This document shows positions 1-9,564 of a stretch of 64,000 nt of DNA, in pieces. The stretch lies in NCBI GenBank assembly GCA_963663385.2, contig CAXXXD010000003.1:1088001-1152000 (forward strand). The letters are read 5' to 3'. Position 1 is the stretch's first letter; every line of letters starts with the position of its first letter. Origin of the DNA: Oceanispirochaeta sp. (lineage in GTDB: Bacteria; Spirochaetota; Spirochaetia; DSM-2461). The translations under genes were made by a program, and so were the position numbers. The notes under the pieces were generated by a model. The model worked only from the letters and a program-made list of their open reading frames with translations. It was not told the origin of the DNA and did not search any database.

Positions 1-2
1 AT

Positions 3-2108
3 TTTGTCAGAAAAGAGATCGGCCGCCTGAATCCCCGGGAGATCCTGCTTCAGGAATCCCTTATGGAAATGGCCTTTTTCCGCTCTCTGGCCAGCCGGCC
101 GGCACTTGTGCTGAATAAAATGCCCGATTGGCTTTTTGACCGGGAGAGCAGTTATCAGAGCCTGAAGGACCAGTTCCATGTTTCCAATCTGAAGGGGTTC
201 GGTTTTCAGGAAAAAGATCCTGCTCTTGCCGCTTCCGGAGTGCTTCTGGACTATCTTAAAGACACTGCCCGTCATTATCTGACTCATCTCAAAGGGATTA
301 AACGATATGAAGATGATCGTTTTGTCTCTCTGGATGAGGCTACCCAGAAGAACCTTGAACTGTTGCGGAATATGAATGACGGTTCTCCTTCCTACACTCT
401 CCTCAGTGTTCTTGATGAGACTCAGACCTCCATGGGAGCCCGGATGCTGCGACACTGGATAATGAATCCCCTCCGGTATACGGATGATATTGTCTACAGG
501 CAGGAACGGGTTAAAAAATTCTATCATAATCAGCTGTTGATGCAGAATGTTAGAACCGTCCTGTCCGGGATTCTGGATGTTGAAAGGCTGACTGCCCGTA
601 TCGGTTTGGATAAAGCTCATGCAAAAGATCTCCTCTCTCTCAGGATCTCTCTTGAAAAAATCTTCAGTATCGAAGACCGTATAAACAGGGAAGAACCGGA
701 TCTGCAGGTGTGCACCGTACAGCAGAGAGTGGTTCTGGCGGAAATATGTGATCATCTTAAGCAGGCAATTTCTGATGAACCCTCTATCCTGCTTCATGAG
801 GGTAAGATGATACGGGATGGTTTTCATGCAGAGCTGGATGAGTTGAAAACGCTGAAAAATCACAGCCGCCGGATCCTGGATGACTACCTGCAGGGGATAA
901 AGGATGAAACAGGAATAAACAACCTCAAGCTTAAATATAATAAAATTATCGGCTATTTTCTGGAAGTCTCAAAAGGGCAGGTCGATTCTGTTCCCGAAAG
1001 TTTTATCAGGCGACAGTCTCTGGTAGGGGCTGAACGTTATACAACCGATAAACTGGGAGATCTTGAGAGCAGTATCAACTCATCCTCCGAAAAGATCATT
1101 GAGTTGGAACGCAGCCTTTTTATTGAAATCCGGGACAACCTGAAGCAGCATATTCCCCTTCTTCAGGATGTCTGTCAGAAACTGGCAGAGCTTGACTGTT
1201 ACGAGTCCCTTGCCTATACAGCGACAACCCGCGGATACAGTTGTCCCGAAATTCTTGATAATAAGGAACTGGATATACAGGGAGGGCGGCATCCGGTTGT
1301 GGAAGCCTATCTGCCCCAGGGCGAATTCATTCCCAATTCATCAACTCTGATTGACGGGAAAGGCTATTTTGCCCTGATCACAGGACCCAATATGGCTGGT
1401 AAGTCCACCTATCTGCGACAAACTGCTTTAATTGTTCTCATGGCCCAGATCGGTTCCTTCATACCGGCTGATCAGGGACGGATAGGGACCGTTGACAAGA
1501 TATTCTGCCGGGTAGGTGCGTCGGACAATCTGGCCAGGGGAGAATCCACTTTTCTGGTTGAAATGAACGAAACCGCTCATATCCTGAGAAATGCTTCTGA
1601 GCGCAGCCTGGTTATTATGGATGAAATCGGAAGAGGCACCAGCACAAATGACGGCCTTTCCATAGCCTGGAGTATTGCCGAGTTTCTTTTGGATGAAGTA
1701 TCCTGCAAGACTCTGTTTGCCACCCATTATCATGAACTTACCGGGCTCCATCATCCTTCTCTCTGTAATCTGTCTCTCTCTGTCAGGGAAACAGGCGAGG
1801 ATATTGTTTTCCTGAAGAAAATCAAGGAAGGGCCGGCCAATAACTCTTATGGTATTCATGTCGCTTCTCTTGCCGGTCTGCCCGGATCAGTTGTAAACAG
1901 GGCCCGGCAGATTCTCAGCTCAATGGAAATAAACGGATCCGGTAAGGAAATGGCCGTTCCGGATGCTGCGGTAGAGGAACCTTTTCAGCAGAACCTGTTT
2001 AACGGGGATGAGATTGTACTGGATCAGCTGCGGAATCTTAATTTGAACCAGATGACACCGCTTGACGCCCTGATTACTTTAAACGCTCTTCAGAAAAATC
2101 TTAAATAA
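3..2108 (+). CDS. mutS: DNA mismatch repair protein MutS (5'-truncated by window edge)
   Basis: Walker A GPNMAGKST, DEIGRGT, FATHYHEL, SYGIHVA. The frame is open from position 3, so the true start lies upstream of the window. Confidence 0.97.
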   Translation, partial: FVRKEIGRLNPREILLQESLMEMAFFRSLASRPALVLNKMPDWLFDRESSYQSLKDQFHVSNLKGFGFQEKDPALAASGVLLDYLKDTARHYLTHLKGIKRYEDDRFVSLDEATQKNLELLRNMNDGSPSYTLLSVLDETQTSMGARMLRHWIMNPLRYTDDIVYRQERVKKFYHNQLLMQNVRTVLSGILDVERLTARIGLDKAHAKDLLSLRISLEKIFSIEDRINREEPDLQVCTVQQRVVLAEICDHLKQAISDEPSILLHEGKMIRDGFHAELDELKTLKNHSRRILDDYLQGIKDETGINNLKLKYNKIIGYFLEVSKGQVDSVPESFIRRQSLVGAERYTTDKLGDLESSINSSSEKIIELERSLFIEIRDNLKQHIPLLQDVCQKLAELDCYESLAYTATTRGYSCPEILDNKELDIQGGRHPVVEAYLPQGEFIPNSSTLIDGKGYFALITGPNMAGKSTYLRQTALIVLMAQIGSFIPADQGRIGTVDKIFCRVGASDNLARGESTFLVEMNETAHILRNASERSLVIMDEIGRGTSTNDGLSIAWSIAEFLLDEVSCKTLFATHYHELTGLHHPSLCNLSLSVRETGEDIVFLKKIKEGPANNSYGIHVASLAGLPGSVVNRARQILSSMEINGSGKEMAVPDAAVEEPFQQNLFNGDEIVLDQLRNLNLNQMTPLDALITLNALQKNLK

Positions 2109-2148
2109 TTTCCTTTTTTCAATTATATAACTCTTTTCCGGCCTATTA

Positions 2149-2856
2149 ATGATTATGATTCTGGATAATATTCTCTGTAACAATTACTGTTACTTTTGCG
2201 GTATTCCCCTTTTGGGCGATCTATCGGTCTGCACTGATTGCATTGAAAAAATAAGTTCGGCCAGAAAGGCATTCCCGGTTTGTCCTCACTGTTCATTTCC
2301 GTTTGTTTTAAAAGAAAAAGAGTGTGCCTACTGTCATCTTTTACCGGAATCCATTGATAGATTGATGGCGCTTTCCGGTTTTCAGGGAGTCAATAGAGAG
2401 CTTCTTTACCTCTATAAATCGGGCAGGATGAAAAACCTGCGGTATTACTATGCCGACAGGCTTCATAACCTGTTCCTTCATGCCTGGTCGGCAGATAAAG
2501 AGGTGCGGATCGTCCCTGTACCCCCCAGAAAAAATAAAATTCGAAAACAGGGGTGGGATCAGATCCGACTGCTTGCGCGCACTCTGCAGAAAAAATACGA
2601 TTATAAAACGGCGGATATCCTGGTAAGAAAAGATGCTGTACAGCAGAAATCTCTAAGCAGAGAGGACAGGCTTCATCACCTTCAGGAAAATATCGAATTA
2701 AAACGGGGGGGAGCAACCCATTTAAAGAAAGTTGAAATACTGGTAATTCTGGATGATGTGTTTACAACCGGCGCAACTCTGTCAGCCTGTGCATCGGTCC
2801 TGAAAAACGAATATTCCCTGCCCGTAAATGCGGCTGTATTGTGCTCTGTTACTTAA
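2149..2856 (+). CDS. comF: ComF family protein (double Zn ribbon + phosphoribosyltransferase-like)
   Basis: N-terminal CxxC pairs, VPVPP, GWDQ, PRPP motif VILDDVFTTGATL. Confidence 0.88.
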   Translation: MIMILDNILCNNYCYFCGIPLLGDLSVCTDCIEKISSARKAFPVCPHCSFPFVLKEKECAYCHLLPESIDRLMALSGFQGVNRELLYLYKSGRMKNLRYYYADRLHNLFLHAWSADKEVRIVPVPPRKNKIRKQGWDQIRLLARTLQKKYDYKTADILVRKDAVQQKSLSREDRLHHLQENIELKRGGATHLKKVEILVILDDVFTTGATLSACASVLKNEYSLPVNAAVLCSVT

Positions 2857-2871
2857 GCCTTTGATATACCG

Positions 2872-2900
2872 TTGACACAGCAGGTATAAATTGTTATTCT
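2872..2900 (+). promoter_or_regulatory. sigma70 promoter of rimP-nusA-infB operon
   Basis: TTGACA-17 nt-TATTCT with extended -10 TG. Confidence 0.7.
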
Positions 2901-2927
2901 TAATCAAAATTTATGGCATCTTGATTG

Positions 2928-2954
2928 AGGAGCCCCTTGCAGGCTCCTTTTTTT
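2928..2954 (+). terminator. rimP leader hairpin/attenuator
   Basis: AGGAGCC-CCTTGCA-GGCTCCT plus T-run, between promoter and rimP start. Confidence 0.7.
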
Positions 2955-3012
2955 GGATCAAAATACTTTACTAAAGATAAGTTGGTCTGCGGATGCTTTG
3001 GGAAACAGGAAT

Positions 3013-3465
3013 TTGAAAGATATAGAAAAGAAAATTCTGGATGATATAGAACCGCTTCTCGAATCAATGGGGATCTCTGTTGTAGAGATAAATGCTGCGG
3101 TTGTTAACCGGAAATTTACCATTCGACTGGTTATTTTTCAGGAAAATGGGGTCACCCTGAAAGATTGCGAGGCTGTTCATCGAGTTATACAGCCCCGTTT
3201 GGAGCTTCTCCTGGAATCCCGGGAACCTGCCATGGAGATTACATCTCCCGGGATTGACCGTAAAATCAAAAGCAGCCGGGAGTATCAGATATTCAAGGGC
3301 AAGGCCCTGCGCCTGCTTCTGGAAGATCAGTCTGAATGGATTGGTGGTTGGATTCAGGATTGTACAGCGGATAATCTTATCCTGAAAATTGATGACGAAG
3401 AGAGAGAAATACCATTGAATACAATAAGAAAGGCAAAACTCGATTATACCATGGAGGCCCGTTAA
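3013..3465 (+). CDS. rimP: Ribosome maturation factor RimP
   Basis: GVTLKDCE, MEITSPGIDR, IRKAKL. TTG start at 3013 after AGGA is preferred to 2953, which lies in the leader T-run. Confidence 0.92.
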   Translation: MKDIEKKILDDIEPLLESMGISVVEINAAVVNRKFTIRLVIFQENGVTLKDCEAVHRVIQPRLELLLESREPAMEITSPGIDRKIKSSREYQIFKGKALRLLLEDQSEWIGGWIQDCTADNLILKIDDEEREIPLNTIRKAKLDYTMEAR

Positions 3466-3468
3466 GTT

Positions 3469-4944
3469 ATGACAGCAGATTTTGCAGAAGCAATTCGCCA
3501 GCTACAGCAGGAACGAGGGATTACCGAAGAACTGGTTCTTAAAACGATAGAAGATTTTCTGATGGCGGCTTATAAAAGAAAATACGGAACATCTGATAAC
3601 GCGGTAGTTCGTTTTAATGATGATAATTCTGATGTATCCATCTATGCCAAGAAGATGATTGTTACAGAGGATGATTATTACGATCCTGTTTGTGAGATCC
3701 TTCTTGAAGATGCTCTTGAATACAATGAGGAAAGTGAACTGGGGGATGAGATCCTGATAAAGATTGATCCCAGCGAGTTTGATCGTCTTGCTGTTCAGAG
3801 TGCCAAGCAGAGAGCCCGTCAGGACCTGCGGGAAATCCAGAAGGATACCCTTTATTCCGAGTTCAAGGATAAAGTCGGTGAGATGATTATCGGTTACTAT
3901 CAGAGAGAAAAGAACGGTAACATCTTTGTCGATCTTGGCAGAACAGAAGGGATCCTTCCCAAACGTTTCCAGTCTCCCCGGGAAGAGTACAATGTGGGAG
4001 ACCGGATCAAAGCTCTTATCAGTGAAGTAAACAAAACACCTTCGGGACTGCAGATCGTTCTTTCAAGGACTCACTCTGATTTTGTAAAACGTATTTTTGA
4101 ACTGGAAGTTCCGGAAATCTATGATAATACGATTGAGATTCATAAAATCGTACGTGAAGCAGGATACAGAACAAAAATAGCCGTTATATCCAACAGGGAT
4201 GATGTAGATCCGGTTGGAGCCTGTGTCGGATTGAAGGGTGTAAGGATCCAGGCCATCGTCAGAGAGCTTGAAGGGGAGAAAATCGATATCCTGAAATTTG
4301 ATCCGGATCCTCAGGGCTTTATCAAAAATGCCCTGTCTCCCGCAGAAGTGGCGGATGTCATAATCCTGGATGGGGCAAAAAGACAGGCTCTTGCCATTGT
4401 TCCGGATCAGCAGCTCTCACTTGCCATCGGTAAACAGGGCCTGAATGTCCGTCTGGCCAACAGGCTTGTAGACTGGAGTATCGATGTTAAAACGGTAGAG
4501 CAGTTTGAAGAAATGGATATGTCTCAGGAAATATCCAAAGCTGCTTCCGAGCTTTTCAATGATCTTGATGAGAGTGAAGAAGAAATTACAAGGATCGAGG
4601 AATTGCCCAATATTCCCGAAAGAGTCATTGCCCTTCTTAAAGAGAACGGTATTGATTTGATAGAAACACTGGTTAATATGAATCTGGAAGAGCTGAAATC
4701 TTTCGAAGGAATCAACGGAGAAGATATTGAACTGATCCGCGGAATAATAGATGATAATGTTGAAATTGTGGAAAGTAACAATGATGAGGATGTTGAAGAG
4801 GAAGTCGTTATTGAAGATGACGAAGCCTATGAGTGTCCTGAGTGTGGCGCTGCAATTACATTGGATATGACGGTTTGTCCCAGCTGTGGAGTCGGGTTGA
4901 GCTTTGAAATAGAAGAAATTGAACAGGATGAAGAACAGGATTAA
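3469..4944 (+). CDS. nusA: Transcription factor NusA with C-terminal Zn ribbon
   Basis: S1/KH motifs [26 protein letters not shown]-terminal CPECG...CPSCG. Confidence 0.97.
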   Translation: MTADFAEAIRQLQQERGITEELVLKTIEDFLMAAYKRKYGTSDNAVVRFNDDNSDVSIYAKKMIVTEDDYYDPVCEILLEDALEYNEESELGDEILIKIDPSEFDRLAVQSAKQRARQDLREIQKDTLYSEFKDKVGEMIIGYYQREKNGNIFVDLGRTEGILPKRFQSPREEYNVGDRIKALISEVNKTPSGLQIVLSRTHSDFVKRIFELEVPEIYDNTIEIHKIVREAGYRTKIAVISNRDDVDPVGACVGLKGVRIQAIVRELEGEKIDILKFDPDPQGFIKNALSPAEVADVIILDGAKRQALAIVPDQQLSLAIGKQGLNVRLANRLVDWSIDVKTVEQFEEMDMSQEISKAASELFNDLDESEEEITRIEELPNIPERVIALLKENGIDLIETLVNMNLEELKSFEGINGEDIELIRGIIDDNVEIVESNNDEDVEEEVVIEDDEAYECPECGAAITLDMTVCPSCGVGLSFEIEEIEQDEEQD

Positions 4945-4952
4945 GGTGGTAT

Positions 4953-7904
4953 ATGTCAGAAGACTTGGATAAGAAACAACCGAAGGCAACATTGATTAAG
5001 CATAAGAAAACAGACTCACCCGCAAAAGCTGACTCTGGTGATAACAAAAAGAAAGTAGTTGTTGTTAAAAAGAAAGTAGTAGTGAAAAAAGCTCATAAAG
5101 TAATCAGCACGAAAGATGCCCCTTACACTCCTTCAAAAGGAGCATCCGAGAAGAGATCGGATGAAGGATCCAGTACTGTGGCTACCCCTTCTCAAAAAGA
5201 GCAGCGGCCGACAGCTGCACGCAGCGAGGATATTGCAGAAACGGGAAGTCCCGTACGAACGGGCCGTGCCGGAAATTATGCCAATCGCAGTAGTGATGGG
5301 AGAGCTGGAAATCTGAGCAGAAGCCCACGTGAGGGCGGTCGTGCCGGGAATTATGCGCCCGGTGGCAGAAACTATGATCGGAATAGAAACGGCGGATATA
5401 ATCGTCAGGGTGAAGGCGGCCGTTCCGGCGGCTACCAGGGCGGTGGAGACCGTCAGGGCGGCTACCAGGGCGGTGGAGACCGTCAGGGCGGCTATCAGGG
5501 CGGTGGCGACCGTCAGGGCGGCTATCAGGGCAGACCCGGCGGCTACCAGGGCGGCGGAGACCGTCAGGGCGGCTATCAGGGCGGCGGAGACCGTCAGGGC
5601 GGCTATCAGGGCAGACCCGGCGGCTACCAGGGCGGCGGAGACCGTCAGGGCGGCTATCAGGGCAACCGTGGCGGTTACCAGGGCGGTGGAGATCGTCAGG
5701 GCGGCTACCAGGGCAGACCCGGCGGCTACCAGGGCAGCAGACCTCAGGGCCAGGGAGGCTATCAGGGCAGACCCGGCGGCTATCAGGGCAGCAGACCTCA
5801 GGGCCAGGGCGGCTATCAGGGCAGACCTCAGGGCCAGGGCGGCTATCAGGGCAGACCTCAGGGCCAGGGCGGCTATCAGGGCAGACCTCAGGGCCAGGGC
5901 GGCTATCAGGGCAGACCCGGCGGACAGGGTGGAAGACCTGGTGGATTTCAGGGACGTCCCGCTGGTAACAGACCCGGAGCTGGTCCTTCCGAATCCATGA
6001 AAGATGCTCAGAAGACCACACCGAAGAAATTTTTTAAATCAAAGAAGGGTAAAACTTTTCAGAAGAAGAAAGACCAGCAATCTGAAAAAATGCTGCAGTA
6101 TAAGAAAAAAACTGTGAGCAACGCGAACCCTGTTCCAAAAGAGATTGATATAATGGAAGTCATCACTGTGTCAGAACTGGCCCGGAAGATGAACCTCAAA
6201 GCTTCCGATCTGATCAGTAAACTCATAGGAATGGGTATGATGGTTACCATCAACCAGCAGATTGATGCAGAAACAGCAACTCTTCTGGCTGATGAATTCA
6301 ATTGCAAGGTCAAAATTGTTTCCCTTTATGATGAAACCATTATCGAATCAGAAAAAGATGAAGAGATTGATCTGGACAGCAGACCACCTATCATTGCTGT
6401 TGTAGGTCATGTTGACCATGGTAAAACAAAGCTTCTGGATGCCATCCGGACCACTGATGTTGTTGCCGGAGAGTACGGCGGAATAACACAGCATATCGGA
6501 GCCTATACCATCAAGAATAAGGATGGAAAGGATCTGACCTTTCTGGACACACCCGGACATGCGGCTTTTACCCTTATGAGGGCAAGAGGGGCTCAGGTTG
6601 CTGATATTGTTGTTCTTGTTGTTGCCGCTAACGACGGGGTTATGCCTCAGACTGTGGAAGCAATTAATCATGCCAAAGCAGCAGAGGTTCCCATTATTGT
6701 TGCTGTCAATAAAATGGACCTTCCCGATGCCAATCCGGATCGTGTAAAGCAGCAGCTGTCCGAATATAACCTTATGCCTGAGGATTGGGGCGGAACCACG
6801 CAGTTTGTTGAAATCTCTGCTCTCAAGCGTGAGGGTGTGGATGATCTGATTGATACAATCATGCTTGAAGCCGAAATGATGGAACTGAAATCAAACTGGA
6901 ACTGTCGTGCAGAAGGTAAAATTATTGAATCAAAGGTCGATCAGGGTAGAGGTATCGTTTCAACGGTTCTGGTAGAACGGGGTATTCTAAAAGTTGGAGA
7001 CTCCTTTGTTGCCGGTGTATTCCCCGGTAAAGTCCGGGCCATGTTTAATGACAAGGGCGAAAATGTTGATGAAGCAACGCCGTCCATGCCTGTTGAGATT
7101 CTCGGATTTACGGGAATACCAAACTCGGGAGACCCCTTTCAGGTTACCGAGAATGAAAGGGTAGCCCGTCAGTACGGACAGAAGCGGCAGGAACTCAGAA
7201 AGATGGAAGATGCCAAGAACGTCAAGAAAATTACACTTGATAACCTGTATGATAATATTCAGTCCGGAGATGTACAGGAACTGAATGTGATTATCAAGGG
7301 AGATGTTCACGGTTCTGTTGAAGCACTTCAGCAGGCTCTTGAGAAGCTTAGTACTCCTGAAATCCGTCTGGTTTGCAAGCATGCTGCCGCCGGTGCCATT
7401 ATTGAAAATGATGTTGTTCTGGCCGCCGCTTCTGATGCCATTATTATCGGTTTTCATGTACGGCCTACTCCCAAGGCTCAGATGGTGGCAGATAAGGAAA
7501 AGGTTGAAATCAGAAAATACAATATTATCTACGATGTAGTAGAAGATATTCGGTCTGCCATGGAAGGAATGCTGATTCCGGACCTGGAAGAGAATGTTAT
7601 CGGAAAGGTTGAAATCCGTGAGACTATCAAAATACCTAAAATCGGCCTGATCGCCGGATGTATGGTTACTTCCGGTATCGTGACCAGAAAAAGCAGTGTT
7701 CATGTCATTCGTGAGGGAATTGAAATCCATACAGGACCTATTTCTTCACTGAAACGCTTTAAAGATGACGCCAAGGAAGTACGTGAAGGATTTGAATGTG
7801 GTATATCTCTTGAGAATTTTAATGATATTAAAGTTGGTGATGAACTGGAAGTCTTTGAAATGAAGGAAATTGCCAAGAAACTCGGGGAGCCTTCCAAGTC
7901 GTGA
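4953..7904 (+). CDS. infB: Translation initiation factor IF-2
   Basis: [39 protein letters not shown]. Confidence 0.98.
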   Translation: MSEDLDKKQPKATLIKHKKTDSPAKADSGDNKKKVVVVKKKVVVKKAHKVISTKDAPYTPSKGASEKRSDEGSSTVATPSQKEQRPTAARSEDIAETGSPVRTGRAGNYANRSSDGRAGNLSRSPREGGRAGNYAPGGRNYDRNRNGGYNRQGEGGRSGGYQGGGDRQGGYQGGGDRQGGYQGGGDRQGGYQGRPGGYQGGGDRQGGYQGGGDRQGGYQGRPGGYQGGGDRQGGYQGNRGGYQGGGDRQGGYQGRPGGYQGSRPQGQGGYQGRPGGYQGSRPQGQGGYQGRPQGQGGYQGRPQGQGGYQGRPQGQGGYQGRPGGQGGRPGGFQGRPAGNRPGAGPSESMKDAQKTTPKKFFKSKKGKTFQKKKDQQSEKMLQYKKKTVSNANPVPKEIDIMEVITVSELARKMNLKASDLISKLIGMGMMVTINQQIDAETATLLADEFNCKVKIVSLYDETIIESEKDEEIDLDSRPPIIAVVGHVDHGKTKLLDAIRTTDVVAGEYGGITQHIGAYTIKNKDGKDLTFLDTPGHAAFTLMRARGAQVADIVVLVVAANDGVMPQTVEAINHAKAAEVPIIVAVNKMDLPDANPDRVKQQLSEYNLMPEDWGGTTQFVEISALKREGVDDLIDTIMLEAEMMELKSNWNCRAEGKIIESKVDQGRGIVSTVLVERGILKVGDSFVAGVFPGKVRAMFNDKGENVDEATPSMPVEILGFTGIPNSGDPFQVTENERVARQYGQKRQELRKMEDAKNVKKITLDNLYDNIQSGDVQELNVIIKGDVHGSVEALQQALEKLSTPEIRLVCKHAAAGAIIENDVVLAAASDAIIIGFHVRPTPKAQMVADKEKVEIRKYNIIYDVVEDIRSAMEGMLIPDLEENVIGKVEIRETIKIPKIGLIAGCMVTSGIVTRKSSVHVIREGIEIHTGPISSLKRFKDDAKEVREGFECGISLENFNDIKVGDELEVFEMKEIAKKLGEPSKS
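5427..5918 (+). repeat. Coding tandem repeat, 18 x GGYQG (units of 21/30/33 nt)
   Basis: Repeated GGCGGCTA(C/T)CAGGGC with GGDRQ, RP and RPQGQ spacers inside infB. Confidence 0.95.
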
Positions 7905-8263
7905 ATGATTTACGATTAAAAAGAGTTGAGAGTCTGATTCGGGATCAGGTAAGTAATCTCATTTTGATGGGTGAGCTGAAGGATCCAAGGATCAACTCCC
8001 TTCTCTCTATTACAACAGTGAAAGTTGCTTCCGATCTGACCTTTGCCAGGCTGATGGTCTCTTCTCTTGAAGGGGAGGCTAAGCTGGCCAAAAGTGTTAA
8101 AGCTCTCAACCATGCGGCCGGATTTATTCAGAACAGGATTGGAAAGCAGCTTCGTATGAGACAGACTCCCCGTCTGCTTTTTGTCGAGGATACCTCAGTT
8201 AGGGACAGTATCGCTTTAAACAGGAAGATCGACAGTCTGATAAATCATGACGGAGAAGAATAA
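7901..8263 (+). CDS. rbfA: Ribosome-binding factor A
   Basis: [23 protein letters not shown]; follows infB. Confidence 0.95.
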   Translation: MNDLRLKRVESLIRDQVSNLILMGELKDPRINSLLSITTVKVASDLTFARLMVSSLEGEAKLAKSVKALNHAAGFIQNRIGKQLRMRQTPRLLFVEDTSVRDSIALNRKIDSLINHDGEE

Positions 8264-9131
8264 AGACGGTATTGTTTTTCTGAACAAAAGGACCGGTGAA
8301 ACATCCTTTCAGTCCCTAGGGTGTGTAAAAAGAACCCTGGGAATAAAAAAAGTTGGACATACGGGAACCCTGGACAAGTTTGCTTCAGGGCTTCTTATTG
8401 TGTTAACCGGACGTTTTACCAGGTTGAACAGCCTGATTACAGGCATGGATAAGGTCTATGAAGCGGACTTCCAGTTCGGAAAAGAGACGGATACTCTCGA
8501 TCCGGAAGGGAAGGTAATCGCAGAGGCGCCGCTGCCTGATGAAGAATTGATCAGAAAAACAATGAATTCATTTCTGGGAAAAATAGAACAGTGTCCTCCG
8601 CTCTATTCAGCTATACATATTGATGGGCAACGGGCACATAAACTGGCAAGAAAGGGGATTGAACAGGAAATGCCCGCCAGGTCAGTTCAAATATTTGCCT
8701 TTGATTTTCTCTCTTATGAAAAAGGGGTTTTGAAGGTCCGTGTCCACTGCTCCAAAGGAACTTACGTGCGCTCACTTGCACGGGATCTGGGGATAGCCTG
8801 TGGAAGCCGGGCATATGTCACAAAGCTGAGGCGGACAAAAATAGGTCCATTCTGTCTCGAGGAAAGTGTAACCGGCGATGTTTTTAAGGAGACTGCACCT
8901 TTCTATCCCTGGAGGGAGTTTCTGCGGAGACTGCCCCATACAGCTGTGTTGACCGTTACGGATGATGCGGTTCCGCTGATTGCAAATGGCGTTCCCTTCA
9001 GAACTTTCTTTCTGGCTGATCCTTCGGAAAAACCGGATGGTTTAACAGCTCTGATAAAGAAGGACGGGCAGATTGTTGCTCTTCTTTCCGATGAGAATAA
9101 TGGATATAAGTATAAAATCAATTTCTCCTGA
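8247..9131 (+). CDS. truB: tRNA pseudouridine(55) synthase
   Basis: [35 protein letters not shown]. Confidence 0.96.
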   Translation: MTEKNKDGIVFLNKRTGETSFQSLGCVKRTLGIKKVGHTGTLDKFASGLLIVLTGRFTRLNSLITGMDKVYEADFQFGKETDTLDPEGKVIAEAPLPDEELIRKTMNSFLGKIEQCPPLYSAIHIDGQRAHKLARKGIEQEMPARSVQIFAFDFLSYEKGVLKVRVHCSKGTYVRSLARDLGIACGSRAYVTKLRRTKIGPFCLEESVTGDVFKETAPFYPWREFLRRLPHTAVLTVTDDAVPLIANGVPFRTFFLADPSEKPDGLTALIKKDGQIVALLSDENNGYKYKINFS

Positions 9132-9148
9132 CAGCAGGATTTGTCAGA

Positions 9149-9176
9149 TTGACTTTTATGGTTATTTGGTTAAAAT
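9149..9176 (+). promoter_or_regulatory. sigma70 promoter of rpsO
   Basis: TTGACT-16 nt-TAAAAT. Confidence 0.55.
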
Positions 9177-9279
9177 GGATATTTCAGGTACTGATTCCTG
9201 CAGGGTGTTACTCTACTTGCAATTGGTGAAATGCCTGTATATTAATAATTTTTTACATTTTTCAGGAGTTATATTAATT

Positions 9280-9546
9280 ATGTTAACTAAAGAAGATAAA
9301 GCACAGATTGTAGCAGAATTCGGAAAAGACGGTGGAGATACCGGCGCGACAGAGGTACAGATTGCGCTACTTACAAAAAGAATTGAGGATCTGTCTGAAC
9401 ATTTCAAATCACATAAGAAGGATCATGCTTCAAGAAGAGGACTGCTAAAGATGGTCGGTACCCGTCGTAAACTCTTAAGATACCTTAAAAGAACCAATCT
9501 TGAGGGTTACAGGGCACTGATCGCAAAACTCGGTCTTAGAAAATAA
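9280..9546 (+). CDS. rpsO: 30S ribosomal protein S15
   Basis: [32 protein letters not shown] 9280 after AGGAG. Confidence 0.97.
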   Translation: MLTKEDKAQIVAEFGKDGGDTGATEVQIALLTKRIEDLSEHFKSHKKDHASRRGLLKMVGTRRKLLRYLKRTNLEGYRALIAKLGLRK

Positions 9547-9564
9547 TAAGACAAAGGAAACTAA

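Noticed and set aside
5427..5918. Repeat array as a CRISPR
   Set aside because: Units are in-frame multiples of 3 with no unique spacers, and no cas genes are present.
5182..6021. Long alternative-frame ORFs (279 aa minus strand, 223 aa plus strand) over infB
   Set aside because: By-products of the stop-free GC-rich tandem repeat; no RBS or family motif.
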